A model generated the notes under the pieces. That model made no database searches, was not told the origin of the DNA, and worked only from the letters and a program-made list of their open reading frames with translations. Shown here piece by piece: positions 38,044 through 47,031 of a stretch of DNA of 64,000 bases. A program made the translations under genes and the position numbers. This DNA comes from an uncultured beta proteobacterium. Its GTDB lineage: Bacteria; Pseudomonadota; Gammaproteobacteria; Burkholderiales; Eutrophovitaceae. Position 1 is the stretch's first letter. Every line of letters begins with the position of its first letter. The stretch is from contig CAWBXZ010000001.1 of NCBI GenBank assembly GCA_963792855.1, forward strand, positions 260,472 to 324,471, in the 5' to 3' direction.

Positions 38044-39741
38044 ATGAAAGTCATCATCGTAGGTGGCGTAGCCGGTGGCGCATCGTGCGCGGCGCGCTTG
38101 CGCAGGCTGGACGAGAATGCCGAGATACTGATGGTCGAGCGCGGGCCGTACGTCTCGTACGCGAATTGCGGGCTGCCTTACCATGTCGGCGGTGTGATCG
38201 AACAGGAATCGAGTCTGCTGGTGGCGGACGAAAACACATTCCGTTCGCAATTCGCCATTGATGTAAGGACGAACTGCGAATGCGTCAATATTTCGCCAGA
38301 CAAGAAGACCGTCGACCTGCGCGATGTAAAGACCGGCAAGGTCACGACCGAGTCCTACGACAAGCTGGTGCTCTCGCCCGGTGCGGAATCGATCCGCCCA
38401 CCACTGCCCGGCATTGATCTGCCGGGCATCTTTCCGGTGCGCACTGTGCCCGACGCGAGAACGATTCGGCAGTGGATCGAGAAGGGTTCGGCGTTCCTGT
38501 CGGGCATGCATCGCTACTCGGGTTTCCAGACGGTGCGGCCGAAGACACGTGCCGTCGTCATTGGCGGCGGTTTCATCGGCCTGGAAACAGCGGAGAACCT
38601 CATCCACCGCGGCTTCGACGTGACGCTGGTCGAAATGGGTGATCAGATTCTGGGGCCGATCGACCCCGAGATGGCGCGCATCGCCGAAGGCTATCTTGAA
38701 CGTCACGGTCTACGGCTGGCGCTCAATGACGGTGTATCCGGCTTCGAACAGGGCGAGAACAACACGCTGAAGGTGCTCACGAAATCGGGCAAGGTGCATC
38801 CGGCCGACATCGTAATCCTCGCCATCGGTGTGCGTCCGGATACCGCGCTGGCGAAAAAAGCCGGCCTGGAGATCGGCAAACGCGGCGGCATCCGCGTCGA
38901 TGATCACATGCGCACCAGCAAGCCGGACATCTTCGCGGTCGGTGATGTGGTCGAGGTCAAGGACAGCGTGACCGGCGAATGGGGTCTGGTCGCGTTGGCC
39001 GGCCCGGCCAACCGGCAGGGACGCATCGCAGCGGACGTCATTGCCGGGCGCGACTCGCGCTTCCGCGGCACCCAGGGCACGGCGATCATCGGCTTCTTTG
39101 GCGGTGTCGCGGCCTGGACCGGCGTCAGCGAGAAAGCGCTCAAGCGCAACGGTGACACCGACTACGAAAAAATCTACCTGTACCCGAACTCGCACGCCGG
39201 CTATTACCCGGGCGCGAAGCCGATCGCGATGAAGGTGCTGTTCCGCAAATCGAACGGCAAACTGCTCGGCGCGCAGGCACTGGGTGAGGACATGGTGGAC
39301 AAGCGCGTCAGCGCGCTGGCCATGGCGCTGCAGATGGGCGCGACGATCTATGATCTGGAGGAAGCCGAGCTGTGTTACGCACCGCAATTCGGCAGCGCGA
39401 AGGACCCGGTGAATTTCGCGGGGATGATCGCAGCGGATGTCCTGCGCGGTGATATGCCACTCAGCCACTGGGACAGTGAGGAGCAGGGCTTCCTGCTCGA
39501 TGTGCGCTCGCCGGTGGAACTGGCGGTGGAGAGCGAGCCGAACGCGGTCAATATTCCGCTCGGAGAATTGCGCGCGCGGCTCAGCGAACTGCCGCGCGAC
39601 AAGGAGATTCTGGTCATCTGCCGTTCCGGGCAGCGTGCCTACTACGCGACACGGATGCTGTTGCAAAAAGGCTTCAAGGCCAGGACGCTGTCCGGCGGCA
39701 TGTTGTCGCGCACGCACGCGACGACGTTCTGGACGAGTTGA
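38044..39741 (+). CDS. CoA-disulfide/persulfide-reductase-type FAD oxidoreductase with C-terminal rhodanese domain
   Basis: MKVIIVGGVAGGASCAARLRR is the FAD motif and SYANCGLPY carries the redox Cys. The C-terminal rhodanese has the CRSGQRA loop. 565 aa. Confidence 0.85.
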   Translation: MKVIIVGGVAGGASCAARLRRLDENAEILMVERGPYVSYANCGLPYHVGGVIEQESSLLVADENTFRSQFAIDVRTNCECVNISPDKKTVDLRDVKTGKVTTESYDKLVLSPGAESIRPPLPGIDLPGIFPVRTVPDARTIRQWIEKGSAFLSGMHRYSGFQTVRPKTRAVVIGGGFIGLETAENLIHRGFDVTLVEMGDQILGPIDPEMARIAEGYLERHGLRLALNDGVSGFEQGENNTLKVLTKSGKVHPADIVILAIGVRPDTALAKKAGLEIGKRGGIRVDDHMRTSKPDIFAVGDVVEVKDSVTGEWGLVALAGPANRQGRIAADVIAGRDSRFRGTQGTAIIGFFGGVAAWTGVSEKALKRNGDTDYEKIYLYPNSHAGYYPGAKPIAMKVLFRKSNGKLLGAQALGEDMVDKRVSALAMALQMGATIYDLEEAELCYAPQFGSAKDPVNFAGMIAADVLRGDMPLSHWDSEEQGFLLDVRSPVELAVESEPNAVNIPLGELRARLSELPRDKEILVICRSGQRAYYATRMLLQKGFKARTLSGGMLSRTHATTFWTS

Positions 39742-40095
39742 TCCGGTCCGTGGTCCGATCATGATCAGCGTATTGGAGTCTCATGCGGAGTGCGCCAAGT
39801 TCCGATCGGTTGAACTCCACCGTTGCACCGCACCCGGCCCGAACCGGGTCGGACCGCGGCGTGTCATGCCGACCGCATATACGGAAGGCTTGTCGGTCCA
39901 AGAAGGCTTGAGAGATGCTGATGCGCTGGGTCAGTGCATATGAGCAGGCTATGCAGTGCAGTGCTCGGCCTGGTCGATGTTGGCGACAGTGCGGTGCGCG
40001 AGTTTCTGCACGGCACCTGCTTGTGACGACAGAGGGAAACCTGCCGCGAAGCAGAGGAAGGCCGGTGAGGTTGCTGCGAGGGAGTGGGACGGATC

Positions 40096-40638
40096 ATGGC
40101 GAAGCCTGACGAGAAGAAAAGGACGTGGAAGGAAAAGATTCTTCACGAGATGGTGGAGTACTGGATAGCTGTCATCTATCTGGCACTCGTCTTTGCCGCT
40201 TTCACGCAGTACCGGAGAATCGTTCTGGCTGCCTATGACATCACGTACGAGAATTACTGGGTGGCCCTGATCAAGGCGTTGATTCTTGCAAAGGTCATCT
40301 CACTCGGGATCGTGATCCGCCTCGGCCGACGCCTTGATCACAAGCCCTTGATATTTCCCACCGTTTACAAAGCCGCCGTGTTCACCCTCTTCGTCATCGC
40401 TTTTACCGTTGTCGAGCATTTGGTCATCGGCCTTTGGAGTGGAAAGGGGCTCACGGGCGGCCTCCTTGAACTGTATGGCGAGCAGATCCATGAATTGCTC
40501 GCGGGGACTCTGGTCATCTTCGTCGCTTTGATACCCTTCTTCGGTGTCAAGGAACTGGGGCGGGTGCTGGGGGAGGAAAGAATAAGGGCGCTGTTCTTCC
40601 GCGGCAGATCCGCGGATTCATCGCCGCCGGAGCGCTGA
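40096..40638 (+). CDS. membrane protein, unknown function
   Basis: About 180 aa with four hydrophobic segments; ATG 40096. Confidence 0.45.
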   Translation: MAKPDEKKRTWKEKILHEMVEYWIAVIYLALVFAAFTQYRRIVLAAYDITYENYWVALIKALILAKVISLGIVIRLGRRLDHKPLIFPTVYKAAVFTLFVIAFTVVEHLVIGLWSGKGLTGGLLELYGEQIHELLAGTLVIFVALIPFFGVKELGRVLGEERIRALFFRGRSADSSPPER

Positions 40639-40723
40639 TGCGCCGCGCACACACGTAACAACGTTCTGGACACGCTGATCGATACAACGCGAGTTTCATT
40701 ATTCCCGATTGCAGGAGGTACCC

Positions 40724-41968
40724 ATGCTTGCCGAAAGCCACGTCTATTTTCACAAAGCTGCCGATGTCCTCGGCTTGTCAGACAAGATTCGAACCATCCT
40801 GTTGACGCCGCGACGCACCGTCAAGGTGGGAATCACCATCGAAGGCGAAGATGGCACGCTGCAGTCTTATGAGGGTTACCGCGTTCAGCACAACGCGGCC
40901 CGCGGCCCGATGAAGGGCGGCTTGCGCTATCACCCGGCGATGGATGAGGACCATGCGGGCGCGTTGGCCAACCTCATGACCTGGAAGACTGCGGTGGTCG
41001 ATGTTCCTTACGGCGGCGCCAAGGGCGGCATCAACTGCGACCCGCGTTCCATGTCGGAGAAGGATCTGTTCGCGGTCACCGTGCGCTTTGTCGAGCAAAT
41101 GAAGGAGGTCATCGGGCCGACCACTGACATTCCCGCACCGGACGTCAACACCAATGCCAAGGTCATGGGCTGGATCATGCACGAATATTCGAAGTACGCG
41201 GGTTTCTCGCCCGGTGTCGTTACCGGCAAACCTCTGGACCTGTTCGGCTCTGAAGGAAGAGAGGCGGCAACGGGCCGTGGCGTCATGGACGTTCTGGCCG
41301 AAGCGTTGAGCGAGCAGGGCAAGAGTTTTGGTGACATCACGGTAGCAGTGCAGGGATTTGGCAATGTTGGTAGCAACGCCGCCCGGCTGATCGCAGAACG
41401 CGGGGCCCGGGTCGTCGCGGTCGCCGATCACACGGGTGGGGTTTCCAAAGAAGAAGGGCTAGACATTCCGGCGCTGGTGGCGTGGGCGGCTGAGCGTGGC
41501 GGCGTCAAGGGTTTCCCGGGAGCAGAGGCTTTTGCCAGTTCGGAGATCATCACCTGGAAAGCCGATGTGCTGGTGCCGGCTGCTCTGGAAGACGCAATCA
41601 ACAAGGACAATGCGGCGGACGTCAAAGCCGGCATCATTGTCGAAGGCGCCAACGGCCCGACGACACCGGAGGCCGATCAGATACTCAACGAGCGCGGCAT
41701 CCTGATTATTCCGGACATTCTCGCCAACGCCGGTGGTGTGACCGTGAGCTACTTCGAATGGGCTCAGAACATCCAGCAGTTCAGATGGGATGAAGAGAAG
41801 GTCAATCTCGAACTGGACAAGAAAATGAGTAAGGCCTACCGTGCAGTGCATGAGGAGGCGACTGCGCGCAACATTGACATGCGAACGGCGGCCTTTGTAT
41901 TGGCCATCCGCAGAGTCGGAAAGGCGGCGCTCGCACGACAGCACATCAAGGCCGAGCTTCCGTTCTAA
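40724..41968 (+). CDS. Glu/Leu/Phe/Val dehydrogenase family (glutamate dehydrogenase-like)
   Basis: AGGAGG RBS before ATG 40724. GPMKGGLRYHP, MTWKTAVVDVPYGGAKGG, VQGFGNVG and GANGPTT are present. Confidence 0.9.
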   Translation: MLAESHVYFHKAADVLGLSDKIRTILLTPRRTVKVGITIEGEDGTLQSYEGYRVQHNAARGPMKGGLRYHPAMDEDHAGALANLMTWKTAVVDVPYGGAKGGINCDPRSMSEKDLFAVTVRFVEQMKEVIGPTTDIPAPDVNTNAKVMGWIMHEYSKYAGFSPGVVTGKPLDLFGSEGREAATGRGVMDVLAEALSEQGKSFGDITVAVQGFGNVGSNAARLIAERGARVVAVADHTGGVSKEEGLDIPALVAWAAERGGVKGFPGAEAFASSEIITWKADVLVPAALEDAINKDNAADVKAGIIVEGANGPTTPEADQILNERGILIIPDILANAGGVTVSYFEWAQNIQQFRWDEEKVNLELDKKMSKAYRAVHEEATARNIDMRTAAFVLAIRRVGKAALARQHIKAELPF

Positions 41969-42113
41969 CCTCACGGGTGGCTCTTGAAGGGACGGTGCGG
42001 GCTTGGCAGGAAGCGACAAGGCGCAGGGGATTCACGGGCGGCGCGACGCTACTTGTCAGATCCATCTCGGGGTGATGCGGGAATGCAATCCTGGTGTTCG
42101 GGAAATGCCGAGC

Positions 42114-42135
42114 CACCTTGATCGCGATCAAGGTG
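42114..42135. promoter_or_regulatory. perfect FNR/CRP-family box inside a 22-bp perfect palindrome
   Basis: CACCTTGATCGCGATCAAGGTG. The core TTGAT-CGCG-ATCAA (42118-42131) equals the FNR consensus TTGAT-N4-ATCAA. It lies about 220 bp upstream of the GRE start codon. Confidence 0.7.
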
Positions 42136-42350
42136 ACAGGCGCGAGGAACGCCGATTGTTGGAATCGGTCAATTACGGTTACCGGTGAGCCGGCGTGGAG
42201 ACATCCGCCCCGTTGAGAATGGAATGGCAGCGTGTGCAGCTAAAGAATCCGACACATGGTGGGCGGCACCGCACTCGCTGTCCGATGACGCAGGCAGGGT
42301 TTTGAACGAGCTAACTAACTAATAGCGATGGATTGGATGGGGGACAGTAA

Positions 42351-44823
42351 ATGAAGACCGCAACGAAATCTGCAACAAGAAAAACTGCAACAAAAAAAAC
42401 CGCAAGTGATCTTAGGGGTAGTTCTACAGCACGGGTTACGGCGGATGACGAGCGCATTGATACGCTGAAGGAACTGCTCAGGAGCACTCCGCAGGATCTC
42501 GACTTCGAGCGAGTCAAGATCATGCGCGAGATTTACGAAGAATCCGCAGGCGATAATTCGCTCCTCCAACGAGCCAAGTTCCTGGCCGCCGTCCTGGAGC
42601 GCAAGAAACTGTATATCGACGACAACCTCTTCGTCGGTGCCATGGCAGGCAAACAAAACGCGCTCTACACCTATCCCGAATGGCAGGTGGACTGGATGAT
42701 CGAGGAAAAGACGGTCGAAAACTCGCCGACGCCGGAAGACAAGGCGGCGAACCAGTGGGCGATCGACTACTGGGGCCCGCGTGGGATGAAACTCCGCACC
42801 GAAGCCATCTTTGAGAAGCGCTTTGGATACGACCCCAAAATCAGTTACGACGCCGGACTCATTGCCGCGTTCCATGACTGGCCGGCCGGTGGTGGCAACC
42901 TGAACTACCCGCGGGTGTACCGCGAGGGCCTCGCCAGCATGATCAAGGAGGTGGAGGAGCGACAGATGGCCCTCGAGATGCGGATGCCGAACATGACCAA
43001 GTTCTACTTCTATGAGTCATCCCTCATCGTGATGCGGGCGGCGATTCGCTATGCCCATCGCTATGCCGAGTTGGCTCGGGAGATGGCCGCCAAGGAAAAG
43101 GACAAGACCCGCAAGGCGGAGCTGATCTCCCTCGCGGAAACCTGCGAGTGGGTTCCCGAGAATCCTGCCCGTAACCTGCGGGAAGCCATCCAGAGTCACT
43201 TCTTCTGTCACATCATTGCAGAACTTGAGCAGATCGGCTGCGGGTACTCCGAGGCCTACCTGGGTCAGAACCTCGAGCCTTTTTACCAGGCCGACAAGGC
43301 GGCCGGACTCATTACCTACGAAGACGCAGTCTTCATGTTCAAGAACCTCACCATCAAGTTGAACGAGATCAACTACTACTACGGTGAGAAGATCGCTCTG
43401 CAGAACTCCGCCGACCTGGGACAGAGTATTACCCTTGCGGGATTTTCCGAGGACGGTGGGGATGCCACGGCGGAAATGGACTACGTGATTCTTGATTCCT
43501 CGCTTTATCTCTCACTGCCCCAGCCGCCGCTCTCGGTTGCGCTTACTCCGCAAACTCCGGGCAAGTTCATCGAGAAAGTGCTCGATGTGATTGGGACCGG
43601 CATCGGTCTCCCGCAATTCCTCAACGCGGACGTTATGATGAAGCGGGCTCTGCACCTCTGGGGCCACAACGACCGGGTCGGCGATCTCCCATTGGAGAAA
43701 GCGCGACGCACCTGTGTCGGGGCCTGCGTGGGAAGCTATATCCCGTATGAGACCGGTCACCCGGTGGAGGGGCAGCCCAACCTCGGCAAGATCATCGAGT
43801 TGACCATGAACGATGGCTTCGATCCGCGAACCCAAAAGCAGGTCGGTCCCAAGACCGGCGATCCCGTTAATTTCAAGGACTTCGAGGAACTGTACGCGGC
43901 GTTCGAGAAGCAGCTTCAATTCTGCGAAGACACACTGCGTCACGCGGCCTGGATTTCGAACATCCTGCAGGCGGATTTCCTCCCCTGTAGCTTGGCGCTC
44001 GATCCTGACCGGAGGATGCATCGAGACCGGCACCGAGACCTGGGCCGGCGGAGCCAACTACTACACGGTCGCCCAGATCTCCGTCGGCCAGGTGGATGCC
44101 GCCAACTGCCTAATGGCGGTGAAGGACTTGGTGTTCGACAAGAAGAAGCTGACCATGGCCGAACTGAAGGCGGCTCTGGCGGCCAACTTCGAAGGCAAAT
44201 ACGAGAAGGTCAGGAAGATGTGTTACGAGGACGCGCCGAAGCACGGAAACGACATCCCGGAGGTGAACCAAATACTCCTCAGGGTGAACAACAGTATCCT
44301 GACGGCCTTCAACAACGTCGATGGCGGCGGCAACTACATCACCAAAGACACCAAGACCTCGCTCGACCAATACACCAAGAGTGTTCACAACCTGATGGGC
44401 CTGGTGACCGGCGCGTTACCCAACGGCAAGAAGGCCGGCGTGGCCCTCACCGATGGCAGCCTGTCGGCGATGCCGGGCACGGATGTCAACGGACCGACCG
44501 CGCTGGTGATGTCTGCGGCCAAAGGCCAGGATGCCGTGAAGTGGTGTGCCACGCACATGAACATGAAACTCCCGCCGGACCAACTCAAGTCGCGCAAGGG
44601 TCGGGAAAACGTGATGAACCTGGTCAGGACCTTGTTCACCAACGGGGGCTATCACATCCAGTTCAATGTGCTGGATACCGAGAAGCTGAGAGACGCGCAG
44701 AAGCACCCTGAGAACTACCGTGACCTCGTGGTCCGAGTCGCCGGTTTCAGCGCGTTCTTCACCAAGCTGCATGTGGGTGTTCAGAACGAGATCATCGAGC
44801 GGACCTTGCAGAAATTCGGGTGA
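42351..44823 (+). pseudogene. glycyl-radical enzyme (PFL2/PflD-like family), reading frame broken by one extra base in a C4 run (true pseudogene or assembly error)
   Basis: Frame 0 (42351...) is GRE-like up to ..AAWISNILQADFLP. Frame +1 continues VAWRSILTGGCIETGTETWAGGANYY... and ends with the glycyl-radical motif DLVVRVAGFSAFFTKL. The junction is at CCCC 43982-43985. The 786-aa track ORF ends in out-of-frame Arg/Gly-rich sequence. Confidence 0.9.
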
Positions 44824-44920
44824 CGAACAACGGAGCTGGTACGGCGTGGCGTTTCGTCACGCCGTACCGGAAATTCCTCGAAGAACAGCAAACAACCCCA
44901 GTACAACGGGATATCAGATC

Positions 44921-46078
44921 ATGAGTAAGCACACGAAACGCATCGCAATCAATGTGGGTGCCGGCTACGTCCCGGGCATGAATGCCGTGGTAACGGGAGC
45001 CGCGCTCGCAGCGGTTAAACTGGGGTGGGAAATCGTCGGCATACGCGACGGTTTCGACGGGCTCCTCCATGGAGACCGTTACCCGAACGGCGGCGTGGTA
45101 ACGCTCTCGCCGCAATTCATCGCGGATATGGACCCGGCGGCGAGTGGCGCGCTCGGACAGTCGCCGTGGGTAGATCCTTTTCATGTCCGGCGAGTCGACG
45201 ATGACGAGTATGTCCAGGAAGTCGATGTCTCGGACGAGATCCTGGACAAGCTGAAATCCGAGGGAGTCGATGCACTGATCTCGGTCGTTGGCGGGCGCGG
45301 ACTCAGCATTCTTTACAAACTCCATCGAAAAGGCCTGAATGCCGTGTGCATCCCGCGCTCGCTCGAGAATGACATTGCCAGCACGACGGTGTCATTCGGC
45401 TTCAACAGCGCGTTGACCTTCACGATCGACATGCTGGACCGGAGCCGGCAGGCGGCGCGGGCTTCCCGCCAGATCGCTGTCGTTGAGGTGCTGGGAGCAC
45501 AGTCCGGCTGGCTGGCATTGCAAGCCGGGATCGCGGCCGGCGCCGATGCGATCCTGATTCCTGAAATTCCCAGTGACCTTGATGTGATCGCCGCGCAACT
45601 GAAGGAGAAGATGGACCCCGATCGACCTGCGGCGCTCGTCGTCGTGGCGGAGGGTGTGCGGCTCGTGGGAGGATCGAACAAGGAAGAGAGATCGTCGTCA
45701 TTCAGGGCGTCCTTGTCGCCGCTGGCAACGGGGGGTTCCGGTGAGCACGTCATCGCACGCTCGGGCCGGGCAGCGAATGACGTTGCCAATGGACTGCAGC
45801 GACGGCTTGCCGAGGACACCTATGCGCTCGCGCTGGGGCCATGGGTTCGAGGCGGTACGCCGAGTGCCGTTGACCGGCAGCTCGGCATCGGCTACGGGGC
45901 CGGTGCCGTACAGGCACTCAGTGCCGGCAAAAGCGGTGTGATGGTTGCTTTCCAACCGCCGGACATCGAATCGGTACCGCTTGCGCAGGCGATCAACAAG
46001 GTGCGTACGGTGCCTGCTGATAGCGAGATGATGCAAATCGCCCGATCCATCGGCATCTGCCTGGGAGAAGCGTCATGA
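44921..46078 (+). CDS. phosphofructokinase-fold protein with degenerate catalytic motifs
   Basis: ATG 44921 (MSKHTKRIAINVGAGYVPGMNA). PFK scaffold, but GGDGS reads GGRGL, TIDND reads SLEND and MGR reads LGA. Confidence 0.7.
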   Translation: MSKHTKRIAINVGAGYVPGMNAVVTGAALAAVKLGWEIVGIRDGFDGLLHGDRYPNGGVVTLSPQFIADMDPAASGALGQSPWVDPFHVRRVDDDEYVQEVDVSDEILDKLKSEGVDALISVVGGRGLSILYKLHRKGLNAVCIPRSLENDIASTTVSFGFNSALTFTIDMLDRSRQAARASRQIAVVEVLGAQSGWLALQAGIAAGADAILIPEIPSDLDVIAAQLKEKMDPDRPAALVVVAEGVRLVGGSNKEERSSSFRASLSPLATGGSGEHVIARSGRAANDVANGLQRRLAEDTYALALGPWVRGGTPSAVDRQLGIGYGAGAVQALSAGKSGVMVAFQPPDIESVPLAQAINKVRTVPADSEMMQIARSIGICLGEAS

Positions 46079-47031
46079 GCAGCAATTCAAAAGATGCGAT
46101 CACGGGCACGGTACTGAACATCCAGCGCTACTGCAGCCATGATGGGCCTGGCATTCGCACGACCGTTTTCCTGAAGGGCTGCTCACTGCGTTGCAAGTGG
46201 TGCAGCAATCCGGAAAGCATCTACCCGAAACCTGAGCTTGCCTACGATCGCTCGAAGTGCAGCGGTGCGAAGAAGTGTGGCCTTTGCCTGAAGCCGCCAT
46301 TTCCGGAAGGGGCGTTCTACATCGCCGATGGGGCCGACGACACGATCAACGTCAATTGGGACCTGGCTTCGGAATGCGATAAGGCGCTCACATCCCAATG
46401 CCCGACCGACGCGCTGTACATGTTCGGTGACAGCATGACGGTGGACGAGGTTCTGGAGGAGGTGGAAAAGGACGCCTCTTTCTACAGGAACACCGGAGGC
46501 GGGATGACGCTAAGTGGCGGCGAGTGCCTGTTGCAACCTGATTTCGCCGAGGCACTGCTGAAGGGCGCGCACGAGCGTGGCATCAACACGGCGATCGAAA
46601 CTGCGGGCAACTATCCCTGGCGCTTCATGGAGCAGGTGTTACCCCATGTTGATACCGTGCTTCACGATCTCAAGGTGACTGACCCGGAGCGGCACAAGAA
46701 ATGGACCGCCGTCAAGAACGAAAGGATCATGGCGAACTTCAAGAAAGCCTACGAAACTTTTCCCGATGCGGACTTTATCGCGCGCACGCCGGTGATTCCT
46801 GGCGTTAATGACGACGAGGAACATATCCGGGCGGTGCTTGAGTTCATTCGTCCCCACAAGAATGTGATCGACTATGAGCTGCTGCCGTACATGCGTTTCG
46901 GCATGGGCAAGTACGACCTCTTGGGCGAGCTGTACGAGTTGAAGGACTTTAAACCCCCGACTGAAGAGTCGATGGAGCGGCTGCAGGCGATTATCGATGA
47001 GGCTTTCGGCCGCAATAAGCAAGATAGATGA
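46075..47031 (+). CDS. glycyl-radical enzyme activating protein (radical SAM)
   Basis: ATGA overlap with the upstream gene. GPGIRTTVFLKGCSLRCKWCSNPES is the CxxxCxxC motif. Additional Cys-rich ferredoxin-like insert (CSGAKKCGLC...QCP). Confidence 0.9.
   Translation: MSSNSKDAITGTVLNIQRYCSHDGPGIRTTVFLKGCSLRCKWCSNPESIYPKPELAYDRSKCSGAKKCGLCLKPPFPEGAFYIADGADDTINVNWDLASECDKALTSQCPTDALYMFGDSMTVDEVLEEVEKDASFYRNTGGGMTLSGGECLLQPDFAEALLKGAHERGINTAIETAGNYPWRFMEQVLPHVDTVLHDLKVTDPERHKKWTAVKNERIMANFKKAYETFPDADFIARTPVIPGVNDDEEHIRAVLEFIRPHKNVIDYELLPYMRFGMGKYDLLGELYELKDFKPPTEESMERLQAIIDEAFGRNKQDR

Noticed and set aside
43975-43995. Possibility of programmed ribosomal frameshifting in the GRE
   Set aside because: No slippery heptamer, in-frame stop or rare-codon pause, upstream SD-like stimulator or downstream pseudoknot is evident. 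Two other genes show the same kind of homopolymer lesion, so an indel (mutation or sequencing error) is the simpler explanation.
43990-44711. C-terminal ~240 aa of the 786-aa track ORF (..DPDRRMHRDRHRDLGRRSQ...)
   Set aside because: This is the out-of-frame continuation after the C4 frameshift. The true GRE C-terminus, including the glycyl-radical motif, is in the +1 frame (ORF 43813-44823).
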